Source of the DNA: Chrysomallon squamiferum
Lineage: Eukaryota > Animalia > Mollusca
Assembly (NCBI GenBank): GCA_012295275.1
Contig: CM022668.1
Coordinates: forward strand, 9,362,001 to 9,426,000
Length of the DNA stretch: 64,000 bases
Reading direction: 5' to 3'
Made by a program: the position numbers and the translations under genes. Positions 37,207 through 51,602 of the stretch are shown in pieces. The notes beneath the pieces are model-generated. The model had not been told where the DNA came from. It saw only the letters and a list, made by a program, of their open reading frames with translations, and made no database searches. Every line of letters starts with the position of its first letter. Position 1 is the first letter of the stretch.

Positions 37207-38716
37207 TAGCCAAAATTAAAAAGCCGTGACATGTTTTTCATGAGAAATTTGATTTCCTCTTTCTACGTATAATGTGCTTGTTTCTTCTTCACTTTTTCAG
37301 ACTTTAATCTGTCCACCTTTCCGGAAGTCAGCAGTGTTGTCGACTTGAATCAGTATAAACAGACAATAGAAGTCTACGACTCCGTTATAACTATCGTCAT
37401 CTCAGTTGCTGATTTTCTTTTGATAGGAATTATTTCGACGTCAAACTTACGTCACAAATTACTTTATCAACTAATGGTTTGCACGTGCACTTTTGACGCA
37501 GTAAAAAATCTCCTAATCCACCCTTTATACGTGGACTTTATCAAAAATGACCGCCGGCTCGGCTGTTTTCTCCATCTTGCAGCCCAAGTTACGGACATAC
37601 ACCTAGACCAGTTTGTTCAGTTGTGGTACGTGACGTTAATTCTCGGTTTTTGTTTTTTCCGTCAACAACTGCCCGGAATGAATATTGTGCTGAGAAAAAA
37701 CTGCAGGACTTTTCTCACCACTCTCTTTCTTACCTCTCCAGTGACAGTTGGCTTCGTAATTTTACCTTCTCTCCTTCTGTCTGCTATTAGACCGGATTTT
37801 AGAAAGTATTATTCACCAGACGACTGTTTGTTGTACATAACCGATCAGATGAACCTAGTTGTTTCTACCTTAATTTTCTTCATGCCAACATTCATTGCCA
37901 CTGCATTTGTGACGTATTCTGGGATTGACTTCCTCTTGAAGAAAAGAAACAGTGACGCTGATAATAAAATTCTCCTCGATAAAAAAGCAGATCTGAAAAT
38001 GTATTTTTATTCGTTCCTTCTTGGTTAGTAGTCACTGGACTAGCAGTTCCGGATCAAATATTAAACCTAAAATACGGAGATAACTCCTTCCTTTTTGAAG
38101 AAGATCCTTTCTTGCTTTTTGAAATGTCGTCTTTTATGGACCGTCTCAGATTAGCTATTCTTCCCATTATGTGGATGATGTTACCAGACGTGAGAACAGT
38201 TCTCCAAACGAAGTTTATGTCTTTTATTCAATGTATTTGTGTTTGTTTTTCTAGTTCCTCGACACCCGACTCAAAGTCGACTGCGGTGTTAGATGACTCA
38301 GACAGAGAAAATACTCAGACACGGAAACAGAATGACAGCGACGAAAGAGAGAACGAGACAGAGTCAGAATAAGAATAGATGAAATGAATGCTCACTAAAT
38401 TAGTAAAGCAGAATTTATTATAATCAACTGGTTTTAGTAATGTGTTGTTGTTTTGTTCACAATTCCCTCCATGGTGGTAAAAATGTACAGAAATATGATT
38501 ACAAATTATAGGTGATTAACTCAGCTTTTGTTTTAATGATATTCTAATGTCTAACTGAAATGAATAGTTTTCGATGCTAAACGTTGTCGATGACGTCGTT
38601 CAGAACATGACACCCAGCCACTAATGGTAAGCAAAATAAAGTAAATGCTAATAATTATATTAGTTTATATTTTCAAGTTCATTGCTATATCGTTTGTTTC
38701 ATTATTTTCAGCGTTT

Positions 38717-38802
<86 letters not shown>

Positions 38803-39620
38803 TTGATAAAGTCTTTATTATTATTATTATTGTTGTTGCTGTTGTTGTTATTTTATAGTTTAGTAAAAACAAAATGGTATGTCAGATCATTGACAACTTT
38901 GTTTTCAACACATATAAATAAATATATATAACACATCGAACGTTTTGTTTATTTACCAAGTACATTTAATATAGCAGACACTAAATTTATTATATATATA
39001 TATATAATCCAGAATATAAAATGTTAGCTCTACACGTTTAGTATTAGATATTCCTGTATTAAATAGTTAACACGAAGAAGTCGCCAGAAGGAACAAAACT
39101 ATTGTTAAACGAGTATACTAGCTGGAGTAGTTGCCAACCGTTCAGTTGTTTTATTTATCAGTCACCTTAAAAACAAATCCTGAACAGATGAATTCTTCCC
39201 CGATTTGTTGAAATCGTTTAGTCAAGTAACAACAATTACACAACCACCGGTACCGCTACCATAAACAATAACAACAATAAATTATAAAAGTTTGAACTTT
39301 GGTTTTTCAGTATTGAAATAACAAAAAATTAAAAAATTGAAAATTTTAAAATAACATAAATACAAAAAATAATAAAATAAAATGAAATAAAACAAAAAAT
39401 AGAATAAAATAAAATGAAAAGAGAGAGACAGACTTCTTGGATACATCAGTGTTCCGCCGGCGTCATGCATAACTTTCTTAACGTGTTTGACCAGAGTTTT
39501 CCAAGACACAAATGTATCAAAGCCTTTGTTTTATTTTTTTTTTTTTTAAAAATCCTTTTTTTGTTCTAAATTTCATTTAAGGTTTTATCTGATTCTTAGA
39601 AAATAAGAAAATAAATAAAT
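35746..39620 (+). repeat. Tandem segmental duplication unit A (paralogous to about 40270-45060)
   Basis: Promoter, exon 1, coding exon and 3' flank align closely with unit B, e.g. 36420-36750 vs 41220-41555 and 38375-39060 vs 43850-44550. Confidence 0.85.
36586..38372 (+). CDS. Divergent 7TM GPCR-like receptor, copy A; frameshifted (pseudogene or assembly error)
   Basis: Exon 1 36586-36649 (MLSEDIEILNTESKSPDREWQ, phase 1) plus exon 2 37301-38372. Highly similar to copy B but one base short at the A6 run 37981-37986 (copy B has AAG AAA AGC). Confidence 0.75.
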
Positions 39621-41386
39621 TAATGAATAAATAATACATGTCTCGTCTTATGTGACCGCCGCACCAATTTACAGGATCGAGTCTCTCTTACGTCATAAAA
39701 ATACGTCAGTAGATACGTTAGAAATTGAGCATTTATGACATCATAGGCAGTTTATTAATCGTCTCCAAATGAGTTACCGCTACTGTTTGGACATGAACTA
39801 ATAAATGCATTGCTAATCTAATGATGGCCGACTTATCTATAAATTTCGGACACGTAACCATAATTATCTTCGAGTCTTACGTTCGAGATCTGTAGTCTAA
39901 ATGAAATATCGTAGTTTCCTCACTGTGGTCATTTGCAGAAGTCCCGTCATTTGTCATTTTTGCCTTCTATGATTTTCACCAAACTTCACTCGGAAGCGAG
40001 GCTATATTGTGTAGACTTCGCTCGTGCAGAAGTGAACACAGCTTTGGACTCTTTCTTCTACTACGTTCTGACCTGTTTCTGCGCTGTACTGCTCTTTTAG
40101 GTAACAATACAATTCTAGTTGCAGAAACGAATTTTCCTAGATGAAGGCAACAGAAAATATATTTATACTTCTTCCCTCTTGGTCAGTGATTACTAAAGTT
40201 TTGAACACAGCTGGTCAGACGGCGTTAGATGACCTATTTGAGTGTTCTTTTTGGATGCATTAATACCTGCCATTTTTCGAATCACGTGGTTGGTTTTACC
40301 GGAAGTCCAGGAAGCAGTGTAAATGATATCTTGACAAAGTACATTATAAAATCAAACATTTGCTGTATAGTTAAAAGCAATATCATAAGAAAATACGTCA
40401 TAAAACAAACATTATTCTCTACGGTGTTTGCGTGTTTGTATTGTTTGTTCCATTTGTGTGTTTGTAATGTCTACTCTATTTTATTTTTGTAGTGTTACGG
40501 TATTTATGTATTGCATTGTTCATTGTATTTGTGTTTTTGTATTGTATATTGTACGTGTCCTTATATTTTATTATTTGCTTTTTTTTCCCTGTGGTTTGCC
40601 TATAGTAACAGTGTGTTAATTACTCTCTTTTCTTTTTCAGTGTGTATTGATGTACATGTGTACTGTTTAGTATATTTATATTAAATATCGCCGTGTTGTA
40701 GAAGTCCGTTTTGGGTGTTTACGTTTTGAAATTGTGGAGTTAGGTTTTGGGCACTTAAAAATATCTTTCGTGGAACCCTATGGGACCGCAGACTACTAGT
40801 TGGGACCGCCTGATTATTGTGTATTTTATTTAAAAACGTATAAGGACTTTCTTTTCCTGTTTCCATACAGTACTTCTGTTCAGTCTGTAACGACTGATGA
40901 AATTAGATGTTCATTTACGAGCCGGTTAATCCAAATACAAAATAATAACTTTACTTAATCAAACAAATGAATAATAAGAGGACTATAACCATGCAGAAAT
41001 GTTTCTAAGTTGATTTCTATTATTATTATTCTTATTATTATTATTATTATTATTATTAACAATAATAACACTTTTTAGGTTGTGAAGTTTCTCTCTGAGC
41101 AGGAAAAACAAACGAAATTTCAGTTTATTCTAATATATGACGTGATATTCACTGACACAATGACGTCATACAAAATAAACATGTTTAAAATTGCATAGAG
41201 TTTGGGATTACAAAGACAAAAACTAAATATTTCCATTACTTCGTATATAATAAGTATTATTTAATGTTCGTAAATTTTTATATATAAATCAGGCACATAC
41301 AGTAAGATAAGCAGATCTGCAAAATCTTCTTGCAGCCGTCATTTGAATCAGTTACATCTTCTCTAGTAAGTGAAATCACTTGAAAT

Positions 41387-41563
41387 ATGCTGTCGGAACA
41401 CATCGAAATCTTAAATACTGAATCAAAAAGTATTGACAGAGAATGGCAAAGTAAGTTAAGACATGTTTATCTCAGAATTAAATTTTAATAAGGAATTTTT
41501 ACTTTTTAAATGTATATTTAGTATGTACCCACTAAACATCGGTAAATTTAGTACTAAATTTTA

Positions 41564-41659
<96 letters not shown>

Positions 41660-43802
41660 CAAACCAAAATAAAATAAAATACATAAAAACTACCACGGAT
41701 TTGTCGATGTATTAAAAAAAAAAAACCACATAATAAACTGTATCCACTTGTATCTGTGGTAAAGATTAAGTATGAATGTAACAATGAAATCTCTATTGTA
41801 ATCAGTAAAGTCTCCGATTTATGTTTCTCACTGTTTTGTAAAGATGATAATCACATAATTTATCAGTCGCTCCCTGCCTTCTCAGTCTCAAGCAAATGTA
41901 AATTATCTCACAGACCGCTAGATGGTAAATTTCTGTTATGTGCATTATTGGTCATGACGCGAGTGTTTAACCCACAGCACTGTGTCTTTAGACCATCATG
42001 AAAAATTAGCTCTGCCTTCTGGCTAGGGAAGAAAATTATAAAGATGAGCCTAATTCACCTTAAGGCATATTAGATAATGAATGGTTCTATTTCATTACTT
42101 CCCCCAGTTTACAATAGCTAAAGAAATCTGAAAAGAGATAATGTTTTTTTTTTTTTTTTATCAGCTATTATAGACAGACTTGTATTCAACGGTGACGTCA
42201 GAAAATCATATATCTGTTTTCATTTTTACGATGTTATCAATGTAAATATAAAACTTAGAGTTGTCAGATATAGATAGATCAAAAAAAAAATTATTCATCT
42301 AACTTTAACTTTAGGTTTGAAAAATGGGATAATCAGTCGCCAGACAGAACAAAATTATTGTAAAACGAGTATTGGTAGTTCTCTCATTTATGAATCACCT
42401 TAAAAACTCTTCCTGAATACATAGCGATTTTTTTTTTTTTTTTTTCCCTTTTGATGAAATCAGTCAAATAACGACAACTACACAACCGCCTCTATCACCA
42501 CCATCAACAATAACAACAATAAATTATTAAAGTTTAATTTTAAATTTGATTTTTCAGTATTGAAATAAAATAAAATAAAATAAATGTAATTTTTAAAATA
42601 AATTAAATTAAATAAATAAATAAATAAATAAGAAAAAAATATTATGATGTTCATTCGTTGATTTAACATTTTATGACTTTCAGTAATGGTGGATATTTGC
42701 AGTTGAATTTATGTTTTTCATGAGTAATTTCAATTCGTCTTTCTACGTATGTGTTTGTTTTTTCTTCACTTTTTCAGATTTTAATTTGTCCACCTTTCCG
42801 GACGTTAGCAGTGTTGTCGACATGAATCAGTATAGCAAGTCAATAGAAATCTACGGCAGCATTTTAATTGTCGTAATCGCAGTTGCTGATTTTCTTTTGA
42901 TAGGAATTATTTCGACGTCAAGCTTACGTCACAAGTTACTTTATCAACTAATCGTTTGCTCGAGCATTTTTGACGTAATAAAAAATCTCTTAATCCACCC
43001 TTTATACGTGGACTTTGTCAAAGGTAATTTCCAGATCGGGTGTTTTGTCCATCTTGCAGCCCAAGTTACGGACTTGTACATAGATGAGTTTGTTCAGTTG
43101 TGGTACGTAACGTTAATTCTCGGTTTTTGTTTTTTCCGTCAACAGTGGCCCGGAATGAATATTGTGCTGAGAAAAAACTGCAGGACTTTTCTCACCACTC
43201 TCTTTCTTACCTCTCCAGTGACAGTTGGCTTCTTAACTTTACCCTCTCTCGTTCTGTCTGCTATTAGACCGGATTTTAGAAGATATTATTCACCAGACCA
43301 GTGTGCGTTGTTTATAACCGATCAGATGAACCTAGTTGTTTCTACCTTAATTTTCTTCATGCCGACATTCATTGCCACTGGATTTGTGACGTATTCTGGG
43401 ATTGACTTCCTCTTGAAGAAAACAAACAGTGACGCTGATAATAAAATTCTTCTCGATAAGAAAAGCAGATCTGAAAATGTATTTTTATTCGTTCCTTCTT
43501 GGTTAGTAGTCACTGGACTAGCAGTTCCGGATCAAATATTAAACCTAAAATACGGAGATGACTCCTACATTTTTGAAGAAGATCCTTTCATGATATTTCA
43601 ACTATCGTCTTTTCTGGACCTTTTAAGAATAGCTATTCTTCCTATCATGTGGATGATGTTACCAGACGTGAGAACAGTTCTCCAAACGAAGTTTATGTCT
43701 TTTATTAAATGTATTTGTGTTTGTTTTTCTAGTTCATCGACACCCGTTTCAAAGTCGACTGCGGTGTTAAATGGCTCACACAGAGAAAATACTCAGTCAT
43801 AG
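41387..43802 (+). CDS. Divergent 7TM GPCR-like receptor, copy B (intact)
   Basis: Exon 1 41387-41450 plus exon 2 42778-43802, in frame. Seven hydrophobic segments, N-terminal N-glycosylation sequon NLS, Cys at the top of TM3 (GCF) and in ECL2 (PDQC), TM5 'FFMP', TM7 'ILPIMW', C-tail 'KCICVCF'. Confidence 0.85.
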
Positions 43803-44195
43803 AAACAGAAAGAGAGAGAGGAGAGAGAGAACGAGAGAGAGTCAGAATAAGAACAGATGAAATGACTGCTCACTAAATTAGTAAAGCAGAATTTATTATA
43901 ATCAACTGGTTTTAGTAATGCGTTGTTGTTTTGTTCACAATTCCCTCCATGGTGGTAAAAAATGTACAGAAATATGATTACAAATTATAGGTGATTAACT
44001 CAGCTTTTCTTTTAATGATATTCTAATGTCTAACTGAAATGAATAGTTTTCGATGGTAAACGTTGTCGAAGACGTCGTTCAGAACATGACACCCAGCCAC
44101 TAATGGTAAGCAAAATAAAGTAAATGCTAATAATTATATCAGTTTATATTTTCAAGTTCATTGCTATATCGTTTGTTTCATTATTTTCAGCGTTT

Positions 44196-44278
<83 letters not shown>

Positions 44279-44803
44279 ACATATATATATATATATATTA
44301 TATTTGATAAAGTCCTTATTATTGCTGTTGTTGTTGTTGTTGTTTGTTTGTTGTTATTTTATAGTTTATAAAAACAAAATGGTATGTCAGTTCATTGACA
44401 CACAGATAAATAAATATATATAACACATCGTAAGTTTTATTTATTTATTAGGTAAATTTAATAGAGAAGACACTAAATTATATATATATATATAATACAG
44501 AATATAGAATGCTAGCTGTACACGTTTAGTGATTTATATTCCTATATGAAATAGTTAATACGAAGAAGTCGCCAGATAGAACAAAATCATTGTTAAATGA
44601 GTATACAAGCCGGACTAGTTCCCAATCGTTCAGTGTTCTCTTATTTATCAGTCACCTTAAAAAGAACTCCTGAATACGTGATTTGTTCCCGCATTTGTTG
44701 AAATCATTTACTCAAATAACAACAATTACACAACCACGACTACCACCACCATAAACATTTACAACAATAAATTATAAAAGTTTGAACTTTGATTTTTAGT
44801 ATG

Positions 44804-44879
<76 letters not shown>

Positions 44880-45489
44880 TCCTTGGATACATTGGTTTTC
44901 CACCAGCTTTATGCGTAACTTTCTTAATGCGTGTAACCAGAGTGTACCAAGACATAAATGTATTTAAGCCATTTTTAAAACAAAAATGATTTGTTTGTTC
45001 TAAATTTCATTTAAGGTTTTACTTGATTTGTTTGAAAATAAGAATATGAATAAATAAATAATGTCTATATGAAGTTAAAAAGAAATCATTTCGAAACCAG
45101 ACGTAAATAGCAAATTACTCTATAGAGACTGCTCTAAAACTAAATGCGAGTTATAAACATATTTTTAGATTTAATACAATAATTTATAGACTTTTCTTTC
45201 ATAAATTAATTAATTAGTTTCTTTAATTTTCTTAGAGAACAAACGTAGATAATTACTAAAATTCATAATCTATGACCATAATGTCAGTCCCTTCTAAACA
45301 GATGACGTTATCTTTCCTGACGTCAGATCGATAACGTCATAAAATACAGACATGTTTTTGCGTAGATTACGAGGATCAGAGAAACAACTAAAATATTCCT
45401 TATAACTTGGAGATACCAAGTCGTATGTAAAATTTGTATTGAAGTAGAACTTGGTCAGTCACATAATTTCTTACGAAATCTGTCAAAGT

Positions 45490-46758
<1,269 letters not shown>

Positions 46759-47123
46759 TTTAAATATCTTCGTCAAAGAACTGCTAAGTTAAAAATGTGC
46801 CTGTGGCTTTTTGAACGTATATCAAATAAAATTCTTTGTAGTTTCCATTTTGTTATTTTTTGTTTTGTCTTTTGGGCGACCTGTCAAAGTATGACTTTTA
46901 TTATTTTATATTGTGAGAATACGGATAATTGTAATAAAACAAAATAAACTGTTTTGATATTGCAAAAATCATTCTTACCTGACATGTTTTTTTTTAAATG
47001 TTCTTCCGAGGTAGGTATTTAATAAAACTGCATGCAAGTTCAAACACAGTAATGCAGGTGTACTGAAATGTTGTATTCTCTAAGCTGTTGTGGTTGTTAA
47101 AACAAATAAACATGGCAATAAAC

Positions 47124-47980
47124 CAGTGATTCTCAACCAGTGTGCCGCGAGATCTTCCTAAGTGTGTCGCAAAATTTTGTAGAAAAAGAAAATCCAAATC
47201 TCATTTGTAATCAATGCTTTCTACATAGAGAAGTTCTTGTTTCAAAAATATCTCAGGAACATTTTAAAAAGTTGTGTTACATCAAGTTGTTGGAATTATC
47301 AATTATATAAAAAGAAGGCCACTGAAGTCACGATTATTTGAACAATTGTGCAAAGAGATGGACTCAGCATGTTAAGTTATTAATGCACTCTGAGGTTCAA
47401 TGGCTGTCGAAAGACAAAGTACTAAATCGTGTTCACGAACTGCACAAGGAATTACTATCATTTTTTTCTTCAGTAAAAGCAGGAGAAATTCTGTGAATAC
47501 CTTAGTTGCGAAATTTGGATGTCTAAAATGGATTACCTAACAGAAATATTTAGTGAACTAAATAAAACAAACAGCAGTAGGCAAGGTAAAAACGAAAATA
47601 TTCTCACTTCACCAGACGAATTTAATTGCCCTCAGAAAGAAAATTGTGATTTGGAAAAAAGAGCAATCACTGGCAATCTTTATATGTTCCCTTTATTGCG
47701 TTCTACCTGCATTACAGAAAAGATCCCTATTGTGTTTACTCATCTGACAGCCCTGGACGAAAGCATCACCAATTACTTTCCGTCATTAAAGGCTGAAAAG
47801 TATGATGGGATTAGAGATGCTTCTATAAATCATTCTTCCAACATTGAACTTGACTTACAGTTGTATGCTGTCTATGACTTGCCCAAATTCAAATATTTTT
47901 CCTGTATATAGCCAGGCGTGCCGTTATTTTTTCATGTGTTCCAAGGTGTGCCCTTGGCAAAAAAAGGTTGAGAACCTCTG
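47124..47980 (+). mobile_element. Internally deleted hAT (Buster/Charlie, ZBED8/SCAND3-like) transposon with decayed transposase, 857 bp
   Basis: Imperfect TIRs CAGTGATTCTCAACC / GGTTGAGAACCTCTG and 8-bp TSD CAATAAAC (47116-47123, 47981-47988). Frameshifted peptide fragments 'IINYIKRRPLKSRLFEQLCKEM', 'HSEVQWLSKDKVLNRVHEL' and 'YLTEIFSELNKTNSSRQGKN' match Buster-family transposase motifs. Confidence 0.9.
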
Positions 47981-48647
47981 CAATAAACTAATATTCCTTT
48001 ATGACAAATAAATAAATAATGAAATAAAATGAAATAATAATAATAATAAATGAAATAAAAAACAAACAAAACAAAACAATATCTGTTAATTTAACGTGAC
48101 ATCATTTTTCTTGACGTCAAACCAATGACGTCAAAACGTAAACCACATTTAGGTAAGAATTAGCGTTATTCTGTCGACTTTGGTATTAGAGAAACCAGTG
48201 AAAATTTTTCTTCACTTCGTACATAATAAGTATTGTTCATATAACAGTAGAGTTTGGCCTAAAAAAATCTACAAAAAAAAAAAAAAAAAAAAAGACAAGA
48301 CATAACAGTTATCTACTTAATTTAGTTTTTTACGAAGATAGCAATCCTTTCAACCTTGAAAGAAACATATTCCTGAAACCGAATGACTAAGTAAGTAACA
48401 ACTTTAGACAGTCCTGCAGTGTACGTCAAGGCCTTGTCGAAAATATTTTTAATAAATACTTTGCTACGATTTGTTGGGGTTTTTTGGTGCAAATATAAAA
48501 CTTTAAGCTCATTTCGGCTTGGGAAATCAACTAATTATTCAAGATGACAAGGCGTTGGAGTAGTCTGCATGATTTCCCAGTTTTTACGTCAAAGAAATTA
48601 TTTTATTAACATATTTTGAAATCTTATGTAAATTCAAGTTTACATCT

Positions 48648-48729
<82 letters not shown>

Positions 48730-49166
48730 ATATAATAATTAAATATTAAGTAAAACAACAACTACAACAACAACAATAATAATAATAAAATCAAATTGGT
48801 CAGCCATACTGTGACGTCACAACGGAAAAATGTCGGGGCCAAGATCATTTTTAAATAGATCCTAATTGTTGTTAAACATTACTGTGTTATAAATTAAGGC
48901 AGAAAACAAAAATAAATAAAACATTACTTGGAAGAATACTGAATACATTCAGACTACCTCGTCATATCAACGTAAAAAAAAAAAAAAAAAAAAACAACAA
49001 CAACAAAAACAAACAAACAAAAAAAAAAAAAAACATACTGTATTAGACGGTATAATGCATCAGTATTCCACGATCAAGAATATGAAAGTTAATAAATATT
49101 AAACGGTTTGATTCACAAATAACTAAGATGTTTGACATTTCAGATTTGATTTATTCGGAGTCGAGA

Positions 49167-50156
49167 ATGGTGTACAATAGCGGTGTCATCAGCTGGGATA
49201 CGTTTAACATCGTCTCCCCAGTCTACACTTCCTTGCTCTGTCTGTTCATCACAGCAGCCGACTTCATTTTGATAGCCGTCATTTCAACGTCGAGATTACG
49301 TCACAGGTTAATTTTTCAGCTAATCGTCTGCTCGAGCTGCTTTGACGTCGTGAAAAACATCATAATACATCCGCTGTACGTGGAATTCATTGTCAGTAAA
49401 AAATTCAAACACGGGTGTTTACTGCAGCTTGTAGCGGTGATCGCAGACGTGTACATTGATCAGTTTGTTCAGCTGTGGTACTTCACGGTAATTCTGGGTG
49501 TCTGTTTTTGTTACGAACAGTGGCCTTCGATGCATCTCCGACTGTCACGAAATTACAGTACGTTTCTCACGACAGTGCTTCTTACCTCCCCTGTTACTGC
49601 TGGCTTTTCAGTTCTGCCGGCTCTAATTCTATCGGCTATTCATCCGGATGCGAGGGGAAATTACGCCCCAGACAACTGTCCCTTGTACGTAACTCAACAA
49701 ATGGATTTAATTCTTATTTGCTTAACCTACTTCGTTCCGACATTCATTTCCGCTGGACTGGTGGCTGACGCAGCGATACGCTTCTTAATGCACGAAAGCG
49801 ACATGGACGAGAAAAGTCGAATTCTTCTCGAGGTAAAACACAAATCGGAAAGAATCCTTTTATTCATTCCTTCCTGGTTGGTCGTAACTCTTCTGGCGAT
49901 ACCATCTCAGGTATTAAGTATAAAATACGAAAGCTACTCTTATGTTTACGAAGCAGATTCTTTCACCTGGTTTGAAATATCCAGTTTTTTTGAACTTCTG
50001 AGAATCGCTGTGCTTCCAGTCATGTGGATGTCTTTACCCGACGTCCGAGTCATTTTGAAAAAGAAATTTGTCGCGATAAAGGAATCCATTTGTGGACATT
50101 TTTCTAGTAGCATGACGTCTAAAAACTCAAGTCTTGCGTACAGTGATTTAAATTAA
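49167..50156 (+). CDS. Divergent 7TM GPCR-like receptor, copy D (intact coding exon)
   Basis: ORF 49128-50156, acceptor at 49143/49144, probable start ATG at 49167. The homologous upstream exon ends at 48390 but is non-coding. Same family motifs as copies A-C. Confidence 0.85.
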   Translation: MVYNSGVISWDTFNIVSPVYTSLLCLFITAADFILIAVISTSRLRHRLIFQLIVCSSCFDVVKNIIIHPLYVEFIVSKKFKHGCLLQLVAVIADVYIDQFVQLWYFTVILGVCFCYEQWPSMHLRLSRNYSTFLTTVLLTSPVTAGFSVLPALILSAIHPDARGNYAPDNCPLYVTQQMDLILICLTYFVPTFISAGLVADAAIRFLMHESDMDEKSRILLEVKHKSERILLFIPSWLVVTLLAIPSQVLSIKYESYSYVYEADSFTWFEISSFFELLRIAVLPVMWMSLPDVRVILKKKFVAIKESICGHFSSSMTSKNSSLAYSDLN

Positions 50157-50689
50157 ATATGATTATCAAAGAACTAGCACATTAAAATTCGGGTCGCGTC
50201 AGACGTAACAATGCAAATCATATACTTACTATATAGAAAAGTTTTCAATTATTAATATATGTATTTGGTAAATGACTGTCAATTTTGTCACGTTTATGGT
50301 AAAACATATATGATTTTTTTATTGTTAAAGTGTAAAATCATATGAAGAGTTTTCACTTCAATTGTACTGAGTTCAGAATTACTTCTTACGTATTTAATTG
50401 TGGTTTAGATATCAAAAGATGGTTTTGATATGATCGTTTCAAGAATGAACAATTGTTGTGATTTAAAAGCAATTTTGTTTTGATTAGCTTGAATGCATTA
50501 TTGATGATAGCGATAAGCTGAAAACAAAACAGTTAATTTGATTTAGTTTTTATTTCATTTAGGTTTACAGAATAAAAAAATAACTGGTGAAGTATCTAAG
50601 ATGTCAACTCAGATTTTCTATAAACCAATTTGCATATGTATATATATATTTAAAAACATTTTTGATTTTTGTCATCTTTATTAAGCAAT

Positions 50690-51270
50690 AAAAATAACAC
50701 GATTATCATTTTTGTCACTTTTATTTTAAAATAACAATATTTTTTTAACACTTTTTACTGTATTAACTGTAAAATAACACGGTTTTCTTCATTTTTTTTT
50801 TTTTTTAAATCATTTTTATTGTACTGAACTCTAAAATAACATAATTATAATTTGTCACTTATTGTATAGAACTGTAAAACAACATGATTATGAGTTATGT
50901 TACTTTTACTGTATTAAACTAAAAATAAGATAGTTTTCATTTTTAAAATTATCTTTCATTTATTGAACTGTAAAATAATTCACTTATCAGTTGTGTCACT
51001 TTCGTTGTATTGAACTGTAAAATAACATACTTATTCTTTTCTAAAATTTGTGTTGCATTAGACTATAAAAAGAAATAATGATTAATAATTATGTAATAAA
51101 TAAATATACAAATAAATAAACAAATAAATAAATATTAAATAAAAATTAAAAGAAACATATTAAGAATTTTGTTACTTTTAACCTATTAAAGTGTAAAATA
51201 ATAAAAAATAAAAATAATAATAACACGAATTATAATGTGTGCCACGTTCGTTGTATTAAACTGTAAAACC
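50690..51270. repeat. Degenerate 45-50-bp AT-rich minisatellite
   Basis: Recurring TTGTATTGAACTGTAAAATAACA...TTATCA...TGTCACTT unit, about 10 copies. Confidence 0.7.
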
Positions 51271-51531
51271 TTAACTGCATAAGCCTTGTCATTTCTGTTA
51301 CAATGGACTTCAAAGCATCAAAGAAACAACCACAACAACGTGAGATAAAAGAAAAATAGACCATTGTTCCCATTAATATCTTGTCTCAGTGTTTCAGAAG
51401 ATTCACGAAAACCGATTTTGAGTAAATCTGAACAGTTCTCTTCTTTGTTAAATCTATACCGTTCATGACTAGACGAAATAATTTATTCCATCTTTATTTT
51501 TCGTTCAGTGAGTTTATTTATTTATTTTACT

Positions 51532-51602
<71 letters not shown>

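Noticed and set aside
47519-47911. 130-aa ORF as a domesticated ZBED/SCAND gene
   Set aside because: It is a frameshifted fragment inside an 857-bp element bounded by TIRs and a TSD.
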